A DNA stretch of 64,000 nucleotides, from the NCBI GenBank assembly GCA_034780895.1, contig JAUZTB010000069.1, positions 19,312,582 through 19,376,581 of the forward strand, read 5' to 3'. Position 1 is the stretch's first letter; every line of letters begins with the position of its first letter. Below the pieces are notes generated by a model, which made no database searches, had not been told where the DNA came from, and saw only the letters and a list, made by a program, of their open reading frames with translations. A program made the position numbers and the translations under genes. Below, piece by piece: positions 12,121 through 25,655 of the stretch. The stretch is from Rhynchobatus australiae (lineage: Eukaryota).

Positions 12121-12924
12121 GGGTGAGAACTATTGGGGCTGTAGAGCCAAATTGTTTGCTTCTATGTAATAGGTGCACAAGTGAAAAAACTCCTGAGAAG
12201 CTGAAGTTTGGAGTCGGGGAAATGAAGAGAGACAAGAGAAAACTGAACGGCTTCCCTCAGTTCTCCGAGGGGTGAACATCCTCTTCCTGTTTCTGTGGAA
12301 TAAGCTCAAGAGCCACAGCCTCCCTCACTGCATGCGTTCCTTTAAGATTTTAACCCTGTGACTGCGACCATCTGGGAAAAAGTATCACTTCTTTTAAAAT
12401 TTTGAAACTGGAGTGCAGATTAAATCCAATCTGGGTGTCAACGAGGAGAAATTAAACTGTAACCACCAGCAGCTCTCTTTCTATTCATTCTTGCTTTACT
12501 TTATTCAAATTATCGACTGTTTCATAATGTTTGTACTGGTTCCATTACATTCACGGAAAGACTTCCCTAGAGGGTTGACTCACTGTGACAAACATAGCTT
12601 CCCACTGCAGTCTAGTCAGGGCTGGGAATTAATTGTCCAGATGGTGTGGTCTCTTGTACTTTCAACTGGTTAGAGCCCTGATAATCTCCTGATGCTGAGA
12701 TCTAACACAGAAGACAGTACCTCTTCATCATATTGTCACACAGAGACCCAACACACATATATTCATTCAAGCAAACAATCAGCCTCATGCACGCACAAAC
12801 AGTCATATTATTCCAACACACTCACAATGCTATACAAACACAATGCAAACATATAACAAAGCTGAGTAGAATATGATCAAACTGTCTTGCTCCAGATGAA
12901 TCATCCTCATTACTATTTCTATTT

Positions 12925-14135
12925 ATTCATTTTTTCCCACAGTGTGAGAGTAGCTGGCTAGCCCATCTCCAATTATCCTTGAGGAGGTGGTGGTGAGCTA
13001 TCTTCTTGAATTGTGCAGCTCTTCTAGTGAAGGTAGTCTCATTCCAGGAATTAGACCCAATCACAATGAAGAATGGCAATGTATTTCGAAGACAAGATGG
13101 TGTGCATCTTGGAGAGCAACCGACAGCCGGTGGCGTTTCCATGCCACTGCTGTCCTGGTCCTTCTTGGTTGTGGTGGTCTCAGGTTTTGGATCTACTTTC
13201 GGTGTAACCCAGGTGAGTAACTGCAGTGCATTTTGTCAGTGGCACACACTGCAATCACTGCATTGGTGGTGGAGGGGACAAATGTTCAGAGTGGTGAATG
13301 AAGAGGATGCTAGTCAAGGTGGATGCTTTGACTTGGATGGTGTCAATCTTCTTATCTACTGTTGGACCTAAGCTCATTGAAGCAAGCAGAGAGTATTGAA
13401 TCATGCACGTGACTTGTGCCTTGTAGATAAAAGAAAGCACAAGGGGCATCGGGAAATGCATGCCTCGCCCCAGAATACTTGGCCTCTGACCTACTCTTGC
13501 AAGTACAAAATGTACGTGACTGATCCAGTTGAGTTTCTGGTCAATAGTGGCCCACAGGGTGTTGATGGTGGGGGTCTCAGTAATGGAAATGCATGAAAGG
13601 TATGTGATGGAATGGTCTTTTGTTGGAAATGGTTATTAACTGGCACTTGTGAGGCATGAATGTTACTTGCCACATCCACCTATGCCTGAATGCTGTCCAG
13701 GTCTTACTGCAGCCAGGCATGAGCTCTTCACTTGCTGAGGAGTTGCATATGGAATTGAACATTGTGCAATCAGCAGTCAACAACAGCCCACTTCTGACCT
13801 TATAATGGAAGGAAGGTCATTGATGTAGCAGATGAGGTTGGTTGGGCCGAGGACTCTGACCAGAGGTGATATCCTGGGGCTGGAATGATTATCCTTCAAC
13901 AATCACAACCTCTGTGTGAGGTATGACTGCAACAAGTGTGTTTACCCTTGATGCTCATTGACTTCAGTGTCACCAGTGCTCCTTGATGCTACACTGAGTC
14001 AAATGTTGCCTTGACATCAAGGTCAGTCATTGTCACTTCACCTCTGCCATTCAGTTCTGTGGTCCGTGTTTGGGTCAAGGCAATGAAGAGGTTGGAGCGG
14101 AGTGGTCATGCCAAAACCTAAACTGAGATGAGCTG
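12925..14135 (-). mobile_element. Second CR1-type LINE family, RT C-terminal part and 3' end
   Basis: ORF 13577..13783(-) reads ADCTMFNSI...WQVTFMPHKCQ..TISNKR. Also IYKAQV..M.YS.LA.M and a SWN...FKK.AHHHLLK tail. Confidence 0.85.
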
Positions 14136-15424
14136 ATGAGGTAGATAGATAAGACTAGCAAGTTTCAATTAAATAATATAACATAGCCAGTTTTAATTTA
14201 GCTGAGGAGAATTTCAATTGGATATAATCAGATTAAAATCAACAAGGATTATTTGTCAGATGATAGTTAAAAATGTGTAAAATGTGGCATTGTGCAATCA
14301 GAGACCCAGTGGATCAAATGTCTAAGCAAAGCTTGGAAAGCAACCCCTGAGTATGGAGCNNNNNNNNNNGGCACCAGTGATATTGCTATTACAAACTGAG
14401 ATGTACCATCTGAGCTCAGACTGTTTGGTTTAAACCAAAGTGCATGGCTCATTAACGTTTAGACGGGAACAGCAATCACGTCTGGACAAAGAAGATACAA
14501 TGTGAATGTTGCATCTTTGTGAAGTGCAGCACATTCTTTTTACCCATGGTGTACTCAAAATGAACAGCAGCTGGCAATAAGGCATATACAATTTGCACGA
14601 TACAAGACGTGAATGAATCAATCCCTTTTCAGACAATTATATATCTACAGATTATATATACAGCAGTTGACACTGATGCACACTTGAGCTAAACAGGTAC
14701 TGACAGGAACGAATCATTCCCTTTGACACCATGTGCATTTGCAGGTACAGGAGCCAATGAGACACACGCAGGCTATATTAAACCAGACAGGAATGAGATA
14801 TTGCCCTTTATGTATGATATACTGCTCACACATAGGAATGAATAGCAAGACACATTTAGGGCATACAGTAGAAGAGAGTGGATCATTCCCTCCAGCTCTA
14901 CACCTCTGTGAATGTGCCTCTATCTATATTGCTTCAAACGAATCCCATGCATTAACCACTGGATCAATTGTTTCCTCACCATCCAAAGAAACACCACATC
15001 ATTGGTCCCTGTGCAATTCAATGAGACCCAGGAATTGCCACTGTGTGTAGTCAGTGCTGATAACAATTCTCTTGACTCTTGTGATATGTACAATCAAGAT
15101 CCAATGCCATATACAGTTTGTCCACACCAGTGTATTAATCCACTTAGTGCATTTCTGAAGGAAAAACATGTTTCTAAGCAATTCTAAATCACACCTTCTA
15201 ATTTCCAATGGCTATCCAATCCGTATTTACTGTAGTAATAATAAAATTCTCCAGCCTGTTTATTCACAGAGTGGGAACCATGAAATCCATTTGCTGATCC
15301 TGGTTCCAGTAAAAAAAATATGTAGGAATGTTTGATTTTGCAGCCAGTGGGAAGGATTAGCTTTATGCAAATTAACCCTCTATTCTCTTGTGTTCTGCTT
15401 GCCCTTTCTATGGTCTAACACAGC

Positions 15425-15505
15425 TGCACACACACCGACCCTCACTGGGGGACGGGTCCCACGCACACCGACCCTCACTGGGGGACGGGTCCCACAGAGA
15501 CCAAC
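15425..15505 (-). repeat. 33-bp minisatellite family, 2-3 units
   Basis: Reverse complement of the 56270-56700 unit (translates RVGVRGTRPPV). Confidence 0.85.
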
Positions 15506-16071
15506 TCTGAAGTGATGATCCTTGGGCTGCTGGACTGTCCCTGGGATTGAGCCATTAAGCAAAATCCAAATTTGATATTCCGGTGGTAATAGCTTACAAC
15601 CACACTCCCAAAATCCCATCAACATAGCCTTCAGTCTTCCATTTTCTGAAGTTATCTACCTGCTCAATGATACTCTCATTTCTACTTTCAGTGCCCTAGT
15701 CCCCACTAGAACCTTTATTCTCTCTCACCTGTCCACTCCACCTGGTACTCCCCTTTATTCTGCTCCCTTGTCCATGGGATGCGATAGTTTTTGCCACTAA
15801 GCACCAGATCTGCTGCACCACTTTATGCACCATCAGATCTCGTTCTTTGCCGCCAGCATCATTGTCAAATGTGCAGATAACTCTTGGATCCTTTCTTTAC
15901 AACAAACTGAATTCTTAACCACTCTCCTGACTCCTTCATGTTTGCCTCCAGTGCCAGGTGAGGCTCACTTCCTGCTCCCACTTAGCTGCTGATCACAGAA
16001 CTTTCCATCCTTGGCCACATATTAGTTGATACAAGTTCTCCCTGCTCATGTACTGCCCCCCCTCATCTAAA

Positions 16072-16330
16072 TCATGGTGTCGAGACAACAACCTTTTCCT
16101 CAGATGTCAGTAAAACGTAGGAGCTGGTCATTGATTTCAGGAAGCAGGGCAGAGAAAAACACTTTGTCTGCCTGCACTGCACTTTCTCTGTAACTGCAAC
16201 ACTATTCTGCATTCTGTTTTCTTTTTACCACCTCAGTGTAATTATGTATGGCATGATCTGTCTGGATGGCATGCAAAACAAAGGCTTTTCACTGTATCTC
16301 GGTACATGTGACAATAAAAGACCAAGACCA
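16072..16330 (+). mobile_element. Rex1/Babar LINE fragment fused to its 3' tail
   Basis: tggtgtcgagacaacaacctt...gtcagtaaaacgtaggagctggtcattgatttcaggaag encodes WCRDNNL...SKT*ELVIDFRK (Rex1 RT), immediately followed by the tail (ttttcactgtatctcggtacatgtgacaataa). Confidence 0.8.
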
Positions 16331-17059
16331 ATCTGCTGACACCACCCTCTATTCATTAATGCAAACCATGGTATCTCCATCTTTGGTACCTCCCTTTCAT
16401 ATCTAAAGTTCTTCAATGGTCTATCTCCTCTCCAAGCTATGGGGAACTCCATCTTCTAATCCTCCCAATAGGTTTCATCCTCTGTCATGGTACCAAAACT
16501 GCTGATCAAGTGATTATAAATTCCCGGTTCCAGCACATTACCCCCTCTCTGACTCCCTGCACCACTGTCAGATTTATCCTACATTCAGTGATGGATGACC
16601 ACAAATTCCTGGCAACTATATCCTGGGAATACCAAAGCTACGTTGTCAGCCAGTACAAGTTCCACTCCTTAGCTTCCAATTTGTAACTGAACCAAATAGT
16701 TTATAGCCTTGGTGTCATATCTAACCTGGAGAGAAGTCCCCAAGCACTACAAGCTGACTCACCTTCTGCACTACTGTTACCTCTGCTTCTGTTAACTCTA
16801 CATTTGACAATTCTAGTCCATTCTTGTCCAACCTCTCATGTCCTAATCTTTGTAAATTTGAGGTTATCCAATGCTCTGCTGCCCAATCCTAACTTGTATC
16901 ATCCATTTGCCCTCTCTGCCTGCTGAACTAAGTCAATCAATGTCTCAAATTTTAAAATTCCAATCCTTGTTATCAAATCCCTTCATTGCCTCACTCCTTT
17001 CTACCTCTTTAATCTCCTCTAATCCTACAACCCTCTGAGACATCTGTCCTGCCCAATCA

Positions 17060-17485
17060 AGAGAGGCTAGACAGTTTGGATTTGCATTCCTTGGAGTTTA
17101 AAACAAAATAAGGGGTGACGTTATTCAAACACGTAAAATCCTAAGGGGGCTTCACAGGGTAGATGTTTGAGAGGCTTCCACTACAGGAGCATCACAAACA
17201 AGGGGACCTAGTTTCAAAATAAGGGGACAGCCATTTAAAACCGAGTTGTATAGAAATTCTATCTCTGGAAAGAGCTGCTCCTGAGAGTGGTGGAGAGCGA
17301 GAGCCCAGAGNNNNNNNNNNGTAGTTATGGTGGAGACAGATAAATATTTGAAAGATTGAGGAATTGAGGGTAATGGGGATCTGGCATAGGAGTTAAGGCC
17401 AGCACAGAACACCACAATTCTATTGAATGGCAGGGCAGGCTTGGGAGCCCAGTGACCTACTCCTGCTCCTATTTCCTTGTGTCCC
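17060..17485 (+). mobile_element. CR1 LINE 3' end
   Basis: ccttggagtttaaa...ggggtgacgttattcaaacacgtaaaatcctaagggggctt...gacctactcctgctcctatttcc. Confidence 0.85.
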
Positions 17486-18089
17486 TGTATTCATCCAATT
17501 CTGGCCTCTTGATCATCCTCAAATGTAATTACTCTAGTGAGAGTGGCCATACATTCCACCTTCAAGGGCTTAAATCATTAGAATCCCCTTCCTAATATTC
17601 ACTCCTCCTGTTGAAGACATACCTAGAAACCCAATACTCTGGCCATCTGACCAAGGGTTGGCTGCTCCAGTATCTTCTTGTGTGACTTGCTGTCCATATT
17701 GATGCACACTGTGAAACACGTTGGAGCATCTTACTATGACAAAGGCATCATGTGTATACTCACTTCTGGTGCTGTTTATACCTCTGCCCACTCCTTGGGG
17801 AATTGGATCAGACCCACAGAAATCTTCAGAGTGAAATTGGATGGGTAAGATACAAAATGGGCAACATTACCTGCTGTCTGTTGGTCAGCTATCTAACACC
17901 ATGTAACATTGACATTAATATATTTGAATTTTGGGCAAACATGAAATACCAAATTTCACCCCAGTTTCAAAAAGGTAGAGGTGCGCACACACACTGCAGT
18001 ACACATCTGCAAGTGTATATACACCAATCCACATATATAATCTATGCACAGACACATACATTTATATTGATTGCCAACACGATATTTTT

Positions 18090-18620
18090 TTATTGGCGAG
18101 GTCCCGTGTTTCTTAAGCACATGGTGCAGTCGGTGGGCGTTGTCAACAGTCCCGAGTACCCACATCCAGCTGTTCTTACTGGGCGAGTGGTGTGACCCCA
18201 GCCTGCCTCCCCCGTGACAAATCTGTCATCGTTCTCAAAGCTGGCAATAACGATTGTGCAAATCCGTGCAAATGCCGACACCCAAGCACTTGCATTCCGC
18301 AACACCCTGGAGCCGTTTGGCAGACTCCTGATGTGCACTGGGTGTGAGATTCTGCTTCACACCCACTCGCCTTGGCGCATTTCGCACTGCAGAGTTTTGT
18401 GGGATCTGGTGTCTCACGCACCGAGTCCGAGTCCGAGTCCGAGCGGGGGAGTCTGCAACAGAAGGATAACTCCTCTCCCTGAGAGAGAGCGGCTGTAGCT
18501 GGCAGTGCGCCGAGCTGCAACTGCAGTGTGGGTAGTTGCCGAGAATGGGTAGCGAGGGAAGGAGACTGACTGGGCCGGAGAGAGGTAGCGTAAAACGACA
18601 AGACAGGCAGGAAAGGCTCG
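18090..18620 (-). promoter_or_regulatory. CpG island: probable promoter/5'UTR of an unidentified minus-strand gene
   Basis: Many CpGs in an otherwise CpG-depleted background. Non-repetitive apart from a (ccgagt)4 hexamer, and includes a minus-strand donor CCA|GTAAGA at 18180/18179. Confidence 0.7.
18180..18295 (-). CDS. Candidate first coding exon (MQVLGCRHLHGFAQSLLPALRTMTDLSRGRQAGVTPLA.), product unknown
   Basis: In-frame ATGs at 18295 and 18229 (the latter has A at -3). The frame is open up to the GTAAGA donor (phase 2). No family recognised; it could be 5'UTR only. Confidence 0.35.
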
Positions 18621-20130
18621 CAGTTTGGGGGGGGAGAGAACAAATCAGAAAATGAAGGGGAAATATAAAGAGAGGCAAAGGGCACAACAAGGGCAGACAG
18701 GACAACAGGAAACAAATGGAAGGAGAGCTAAAGGGAAATCGGGAACAAGGGAATGGGAATGAGAGAGAGAGAGATTAAAGAGCAAAGACAGAGGGAACCA
18801 GAATGGGAAAGAGACAGATGCAGAAAGAAATACGAGCTACAGAGGGAAATAGAGAGTGAACAGATAGAGAGGGAGTAAGAAAAAAAAGTGCAGGAAACAA
18901 GGAGTGATAAGCAAACGGATCGTGTGGAAGGCGTTCTGTCGATTCTGAATTTCTGGGAACGGTGCCTGTTACAATGAGGAAATCACGAACCAATTGCAAG
19001 GAGGGTGTTGTTAATACGGGGCCGAGCAGCAACGCTCCATGTGAGCCTAACCATCCCTCTGGACCTATGTGACGAACATGTCAGGCAGCACATGGTCCTT
19101 GAAGCATGTGGTATGGTCACAATCTTCCACAGGAAATGTTTTATCTCCCAACAGCCAGAACTACAGTGGGACTAAGAATACAGCTCCATCACAGAGGGCA
19201 GAACTCCAGAAATATACGGGATCGGGGATTTGGGCAGATGTGTGTCGGCAACTAAACGGAGAAACACACACACATGCAGACACACAGAGGCAAACAAGCA
19301 CACTTGCACATGGATTTAGAAACACAGACACAGATAGAAAACATACAAGGGTAAACACACACACAACAGGCAAAAAGATCACATAGTGATTCAGATGTTC
19401 ACAATCCCATGACTGTCACGCCTACAAATACTAACTCACTCAGTCACAGACACACACCAACCTACTCAGAGAGGAATGCACGCACCCCCCATAGGTAAAA
19501 ACACAAATGTTCAGTCCCAATGCACACGGATGCACATGGAAAGAGATGTATATGCAGACACACACACACAGACCCACACAGGAATATGCAAGCACACATA
19601 CACTGATATATAGTACCTGTACACAGACATTTAGATACTCATCGGAATTCACATACGTGTACAGGCATACACTCACAGCCAGACAGAAACAAAGTGACAA
19701 GTAGCGGTGATGAGGCAGTGATACAGATGAAGAGTCCTCTATGGGAAGCCAGGTACAGGCGAGATATGCAGATGAGAAGTCATGAAAACAACGCATGATG
19801 CAGTTCAGATGTCATATGACATTGGGCTGATGTTGTAATACGGAAGGTGTTATACAGATAAGCAGAGTGATAATCCTGAGGGTGGGATGGAGGCGAGAGA
19901 CAGAAACCAAGCAAGGGAGATTGACCGAGATGGCGAGAGAGAGAGCTGAAGGAGATTGTAAAGGAGGATGAGAGAGCAAGGGACTGAGACCAAATAGGAG
20001 GGATCAGTTGAGAGAGTGTGACAGTGGGTGAGCAAGATAATGCGAAATGTCTACTAAACAGGAAAGAGTGAATAAGAGAGAAAGGGAGCAAGAAAGAAAG
20101 AGGAAGTAAGGAAGAGAGGGAGACACGGCA
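18620..20130. repeat. GA-rich and CA-rich low-complexity tracts
   Basis: GA-rich at 18620-18910 and 19880-20130; CA-rich at 19260-19700. Confidence 0.8.
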
Positions 20131-21084
20131 CAACTTCAGAACATTTGAAAACAGTTTTACAGCCAATAACATACTTTTGAATGCTGTACTTACTATGATG
20201 CATCCCACTTCAAAGAGACTTCTTTTTTCTGCTCTGCCCCCATTCTCAACACTAATTATTAACTTTGAGGAAAAACTATTTATTTTTTGGGTGTGCCTCC
20301 AGTTGTAAGATTTAGGTTGGGGAATGAGAGAGCAGAAGAAAACCAAATGTGAAAGACATCAAGAGAGAGGCACCGAGCAAGATAGGGAGGGGAAGGGATA
20401 GGGTTCAGGATGTGGGCAGGATTGTGGTTGAGGGGATGGAGAGGTAGGGAGAGAGAGAGAGAAAATGTGAAGAAGATAGTTAGCTCAACAGGTTCCTACG
20501 GGTACAAGATGATGGAATGGCGAGTCAACGCCTTTGGGAACCCCATCATTATCAATCAGAAAGACTTTCCCTCCATTAACCTGCAGCAGAGTCAATCACC
20601 TTCACACCAGTGAGGAAGGTGTCATGATGCAGCAGGAAACGTTGCTTGTTCTGTGCCTAGTTGTTTGATGATCAGGCCTGTCTCTGCATGAGTAAGGCCT
20701 GTGTGTAAAACAGGTGAAATAGTGGGGATGTGAGTCTGCTTCCACGTAAAATTAAATCATGGCCCAAATCTGACCCAACCACAGCCAATGAGAAGCTGAC
20801 TAGAACCCAAGGATTAATAACTTTGCTCATACATGACCTGGCTATCACTGTACGATGCTATTGGTCTTTTTGAAACACCCCATATTGGTCAAGAACAGAG
20901 GCCACGTGCAGTGATACTCCGCAAATCATCATGATCTGGATAAAGTAATGACCAGGACAACTCACCCTGACCTGAACTTGAACATCTCATCAGAATATAC
21001 ACTTAAACCTGACTCCGTTTCATTTCCCCCAGGCAGGGCTCAGGTAATCAGGTCCACTAGACTTATCCCCAACCTGTCTGGATC

Positions 21085-21500
21085 AGTACAACTGCAACAA
21101 CATTCAAAAAGAAGCTCAGCACCACCCAAGACAAAGCCATCTTCTTGACGATCACTTTGTATTCACTCCCTGCAGGTTACAGTGTTGTCAACAGGATGCA
21201 CTGCAGATGATCCAAGTTTTCTTCAGCAAGACCTCACAAGCCTGCCACCTAACTAAAGGTAGCAGGCACAGGGAACCTCAAGCACCTCTAACTTCCCCTC
21301 CAAGTCACAAATCACCTGGAATTGAAAATACAACCACCCCGTCATTGGATCAAAATCCTGGAACTCTCCATCCCTACAGCACTGTAGTAGCTTCATCATA
21401 CCGACATTGAAGAAGGTGGCTCACTGTCACCTTCTGAGAGTGATTAGAGGTGTGCAGTGAATGCTGGCTACCACTGATGCCCATATCCTGACAGTAGACA
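21085..21500 (+). mobile_element. Second CR1-type family 3' end
   Basis: tcaaaatcctggaactctc...gaagaaggtggctcactgtcaccttct, the same tail as 12925-13100(-). Confidence 0.75.
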
Positions 21501-22224
21501 CAAAACAAAATCCCTCTGGGATATAAATGCACATGTTAGTAGATCCTTTGCCAGACACTCCCATCAAATCCCAAACATTCCCCCACCATCCTTAACCTCA
21601 GGTCATCTCAATATTTTTGCCACTTTTGGAATTTTGAGATGCTCTTCACCCTGATTCTTTTTTTTTGATCTGTGGTTTGACATTGCTGCAAACTGGCTTT
21701 GCTTTAAGTGGAGTCCAGCTTTAAATGCAACACCCCCACCACACCAATTTTTCCAGTGCAGTTCTCCAAATTATCTCAGCTTGGGAATTCATAATGGGGT
21801 CAGCACCAAGCCTATGGGACATTGGCCTATGATGCAACACATTGTCCAGTCTGAAAGAAATGGCACAATTTTTATGACTGGACAGGAGAGCTCANNNNNN
21901 NNNNNNNNNNNNNNNNNNNNNNNNNNNNNNNNNNNNNNNNNNNNNNNNNNNNNNNNNNNNNNNNNNNNNNNNNNNNNNNNNNNNNNNNNNNNNNNNNNNN
22001 NNNNNNNNNNNNNNNNNNNNNNNNNNNNNNNNNNNNNNNNNNNNNNNNNNNNNNNNNNNNNNNNNNNNNNNNNNNNNNNNNNNNNNNNAAATGCAGACGC
22101 AAGCCAAGCATTTTGCCACTGGCACACCCAAATGATATGGAACAGTGCAGAATTTGTGGGTTTTCTTTACTGCCACATATGATTTTTCAGGCTGTGGGCT
22201 AAAGATACTCTGACAATATAGAAA

Positions 22225-22620
22225 CCGTTGTCAGCCACGACTCAGTGAATATCTTTCCCACCTCTGAGTCAGAAGCTTGTGGGTTCAAGTCCCATTTAAG
22301 GAACTGGAGTAAAAAGACACTTCCCGTACTGCACTGTGGGAATGCAGCACAGTCAGAGGCAGTGAGATTAAATACCAGAGGAGGAATCCACCTACCCTCT
22401 TGGATGAATGCAAAAGATTCTGGGTCTGTTTCAAAGAACTTGGGCAGTTCTCCCTGAAATCCTGGTGAATATTTATCTCTGAAAGTAACACTTGAAAATA
22501 GATGATCATTATCACATTACAGAATGGCTTCTACATTTCCCACATTACATGACTACACTTAAAGTTCTTCATCAGCTGAAATGCTGACTTCATGATAGGT
22601 GCTATACAAATGCAAGTCTC
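22225..22620 (+). mobile_element. Deu-domain SINE (SacSINE1-like)
   Basis: tRNA-like head (cctctgagtcagaagcttgtgggttcaagtccca), Deu core (aatatttatctc...gatgatcattatcacatt) and tail gctatacaaatgcaagtct. Confidence 0.8.
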
Positions 22621-25339
22621 TTTTAGGATTTAATATTTAAACTTTGGTACTTTCTGACTCTTCAGAGTATCATGGGGTAATTCACTTTGCATTAGGCCCA
22701 TGACATTAACCTTCTGCTTTGCCACTTTCTCCAAACAACCTGCCAAGAGACTGGTATTTTCTACTGGTTCTAGCTTAACCATTAACATCTTGAATGACAC
22801 TAAAGTATAATGAGAGAGAAATGTGTGGGTAGTATGTTGGACTAGGCCACTCTAACTGCACCAGCCCATCAGCCTCAGAGGTTCTGCTGCCAAATTGCTG
22901 GAAGGCAGTAATTTTATTCTAATGCTGTTTGAGGCAACTTCAAGGTCCCGGCAGGGACCTGGGATGGTTGACTTTTCATTCTGCCATTTCATTCCTCCAA
23001 ATCCTATTCCATGTATTACAGCCCCAGGGAAATTTAATAAAAGTTTAAAGGAGACAAGAATACGCAAACAGCATCTTATATAATAGTTAACTTGGAGAGC
23101 TGCAGCTGGAGTTCAACAAGCCCGTCAGCAATGTAGGCTAGAAGGTTCTCCTGAGCTGAAGGGAGCTGGTGCTTGACAATTATGAAATGAACTGTGTACC
23201 GCTGCATTTTCTGCACTGATGCTGAAGCAGTGATGTTGAACATTATGCCACTTACCCTCAACAGCACCTTGTGTTTTATTTACCTTTGTAACATTACACA
23301 GTGGAAGATAGGAAACATAAACATTTAAATATTGCCTGAGTCGCACCAATCTGGCAAGAAATTAACTGAAAGGAGATAAACTGCCCCCACTGGCCTTCCA
23401 ATAAGCTGTCACCCTTTACTATTTCCTTCTGGTTTTATCGATAGGATGGTCATTAAAGCATGGTGAGAGTTGTACAAAGTAGAGCCAGCTTGATTTGATT
23501 GACTCCAGCAGCGAAAATTCTCCCTGAAGCCGAGTTTCAGCGCTGCAGCTTCTAAGGTTTGACCCGGCTGCCATTGCTGATGATCAAGGGTTTTGCTTGA
23601 CTGCTGCTAGAACCATGGGTCAGAGGGTGTTGATGCCCGTCCCTGAAGGAGCAATGGCCAGGTAAATGCAGATAGGATATAGATCAGCCATGATTAAACG
23701 ACAAAGGAGGTCCAAAGGCCATAGAAGTCCCCTCTTGTTTTTGTGTTTCTACATCTCAAACGTAAATAATAGCAAAGGAGTGCGTCCAGATATGGAAAGT
23801 TCACCATCCCATAGATTGTACCTGAATATGGAGGAAGCCACAGCAGAGCAGCTGGGGAGTGTACACCCCAGTTTTCTAAAGCAGTTCTGGTGGCTTTGGT
23901 GGGTTGGGTAGAGAGCAGGAACATGGTCACCTACATGTAGGGACCCAGGAAGCTCAGGCCAGTAGTGAAGCAGTAGTGGGTAAGGTCACACTCAAGGTCT
24001 ATGCCAGGAGTAAAGCAGCAAGGATGTGGAGACAATGCCACAGGGAATTTAATAACAGCACATGTGTGGTCAACGTCACTGTGGACATCAGATCCCATCT
24101 CCCAACAATTGCTCCATTAGCCTCCCATTCTGATTCATGCTACGCAGCCCCATGGCTCAGCACTCCAGGCTAGTATTCAAATGATCCATTAAATCCTTTC
24201 GTTCTCAGTACTACTGCAAGCCTCACACGCATTTCTCACAGTTGATAAGCACTGTCAGCTCTTTAATCACGGCAGGTACATCACCCCAACACACTGCAAG
24301 GCACTCACTAGCACACTTCCTTTTCTCATACAGTACAGGATAAAGCACAATCAGAGCCAGTGTTACCAGACTTGCAGGGGACAAGCCACTGTCTATTGAT
24401 TCACTGCACTGGAGGAGAGTCTGTTGGCCATTACTGGTGTGACCTTTACAAAATCCAGGGCTAGCAGTGACACAGGGATCAGACAGATGGTCATTGAGCA
24501 AAAAGCCTGATTTTCAGTGGTTCTGCGGGTTTTAACTGTCAGTCAGGATAACGTGGTCAATTTTTTAGGTGATAGGTTTCTTGACTGCCCTCGTCTTTCA
24601 GCTTAGTAAAGGTTGAGGACTTGGGAGATGCTGCCAAAGAAGTCTTGGTGAGATGTAATAGACTGTAGGTGGAGCAAACTACTGGATGGACTGCAGTGTT
24701 GCAGAGGGGCAGCAGACTGAAGGAATGCTATTCCTCTAGGTGCATGAAACTCTTGGGGTTGTATTGTGAAGGCCTCAGCGTGATGTTGGTGCCCCCAGTA
24801 CCATCAAAAATCTCCCCAACATGGAAACCCCCACAGCTTCTCTGCCTTTCATTTTCTACCCAAAGTCGTGTGGCACAGATAACTCCTGGACTGATAGGCC
24901 AGAAGGTGTTGATGCAAATATTCCAACCAGTGCAATGAGTAGCTAAATGGAGTTGAGATACTGAAAAAGATGAGCTTGGCTATCCTTCCGTAGACAGACT
25001 CCAAAACCTCCCTTATGTAATGGTATGCTGCAAATTACAAGATGTGACATAAACCTCCGGTAGCAGCCTCGAAGGAGCCTTGAATTCAGTGCAATGCAAC
25101 TACGATTGCAATGGGCAAGGTACTTCCTTGGAGAAGCAGTTTGCTCAGGTATAGTTTCTCTGTCAAGTTAATATGGAACGTGATGCTGAAAAAAATCTGT
25201 TGTGTATAGGGCCAGAGTCATAGATTCATACAGCATNNNNNNNNNNNNNNNNNNNNNNNNNNNNNNNNNNNNNNNNNNNNNNNNNNNNNNNNNNNNNNNN
25301 NNNNNNNNNNNNNNNNNNNNNNNNNNNNNNNNNNNNATA

Positions 25340-25655
25340 GTACTTCTGGCCCATCGAGTCTGAGATGACCATCAAACAGCCATTTCACTAATTGTACACT
25401 AATCCCATTTTATTCTCTGCACATTCCCATCAGCTCCCCCCAGATTCTGCCACTCACTGACACACGACAGGCAATTTACAATGGCCAGTTGACCTTCCAA
25501 TCTGGACACCTTCGGGATGTGGGAAAAAAAACCTGGGGGATATCCATGCTAGTCATTAGGACAACATACAAACCCCACACAGACAGCAACTGAGATATGG
25601 ATTGAACTTGAGTCGCTGGAGCTGTGAGGCAGGAGCTCTGTTGCTGCGCCACACT
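25340..25655 (-). mobile_element. HE1-type V-SINE
   Basis: The reverse complement reads gtggcgcagcaacagagctcctgcctcacagctccagcgactcaagttcaatcc...tgctgtctgtgtggggtttg; same family as 33955-34280. Confidence 0.85.

Larger units (their letters stand above)
15560..17750 (+). mobile_element. Old L2-clade LINE, interrupted by Rex1 and CR1 insertions
   Basis: L2-like motifs agccttggtgtcatatctaacc, tttgaggttatccaatgctctgctgccc and ttttaaaattccaatccttgt. The tail resumes at ~17490 after the CR1 insert. Confidence 0.6.

Noticed and set aside
20740-21070. Possible hAT-like DNA transposon remnant (cctgacctgaac motifs; similar at ~62300-62400)
   Set aside because: Too degenerate; no terminal inverted repeats or target-site duplication could be defined.
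22255-22310. tRNA-like B-box sequences (also ~33975 and ~25610)
   Set aside because: They are heads of SINEs and do not form complete cloverleaf tRNA genes.
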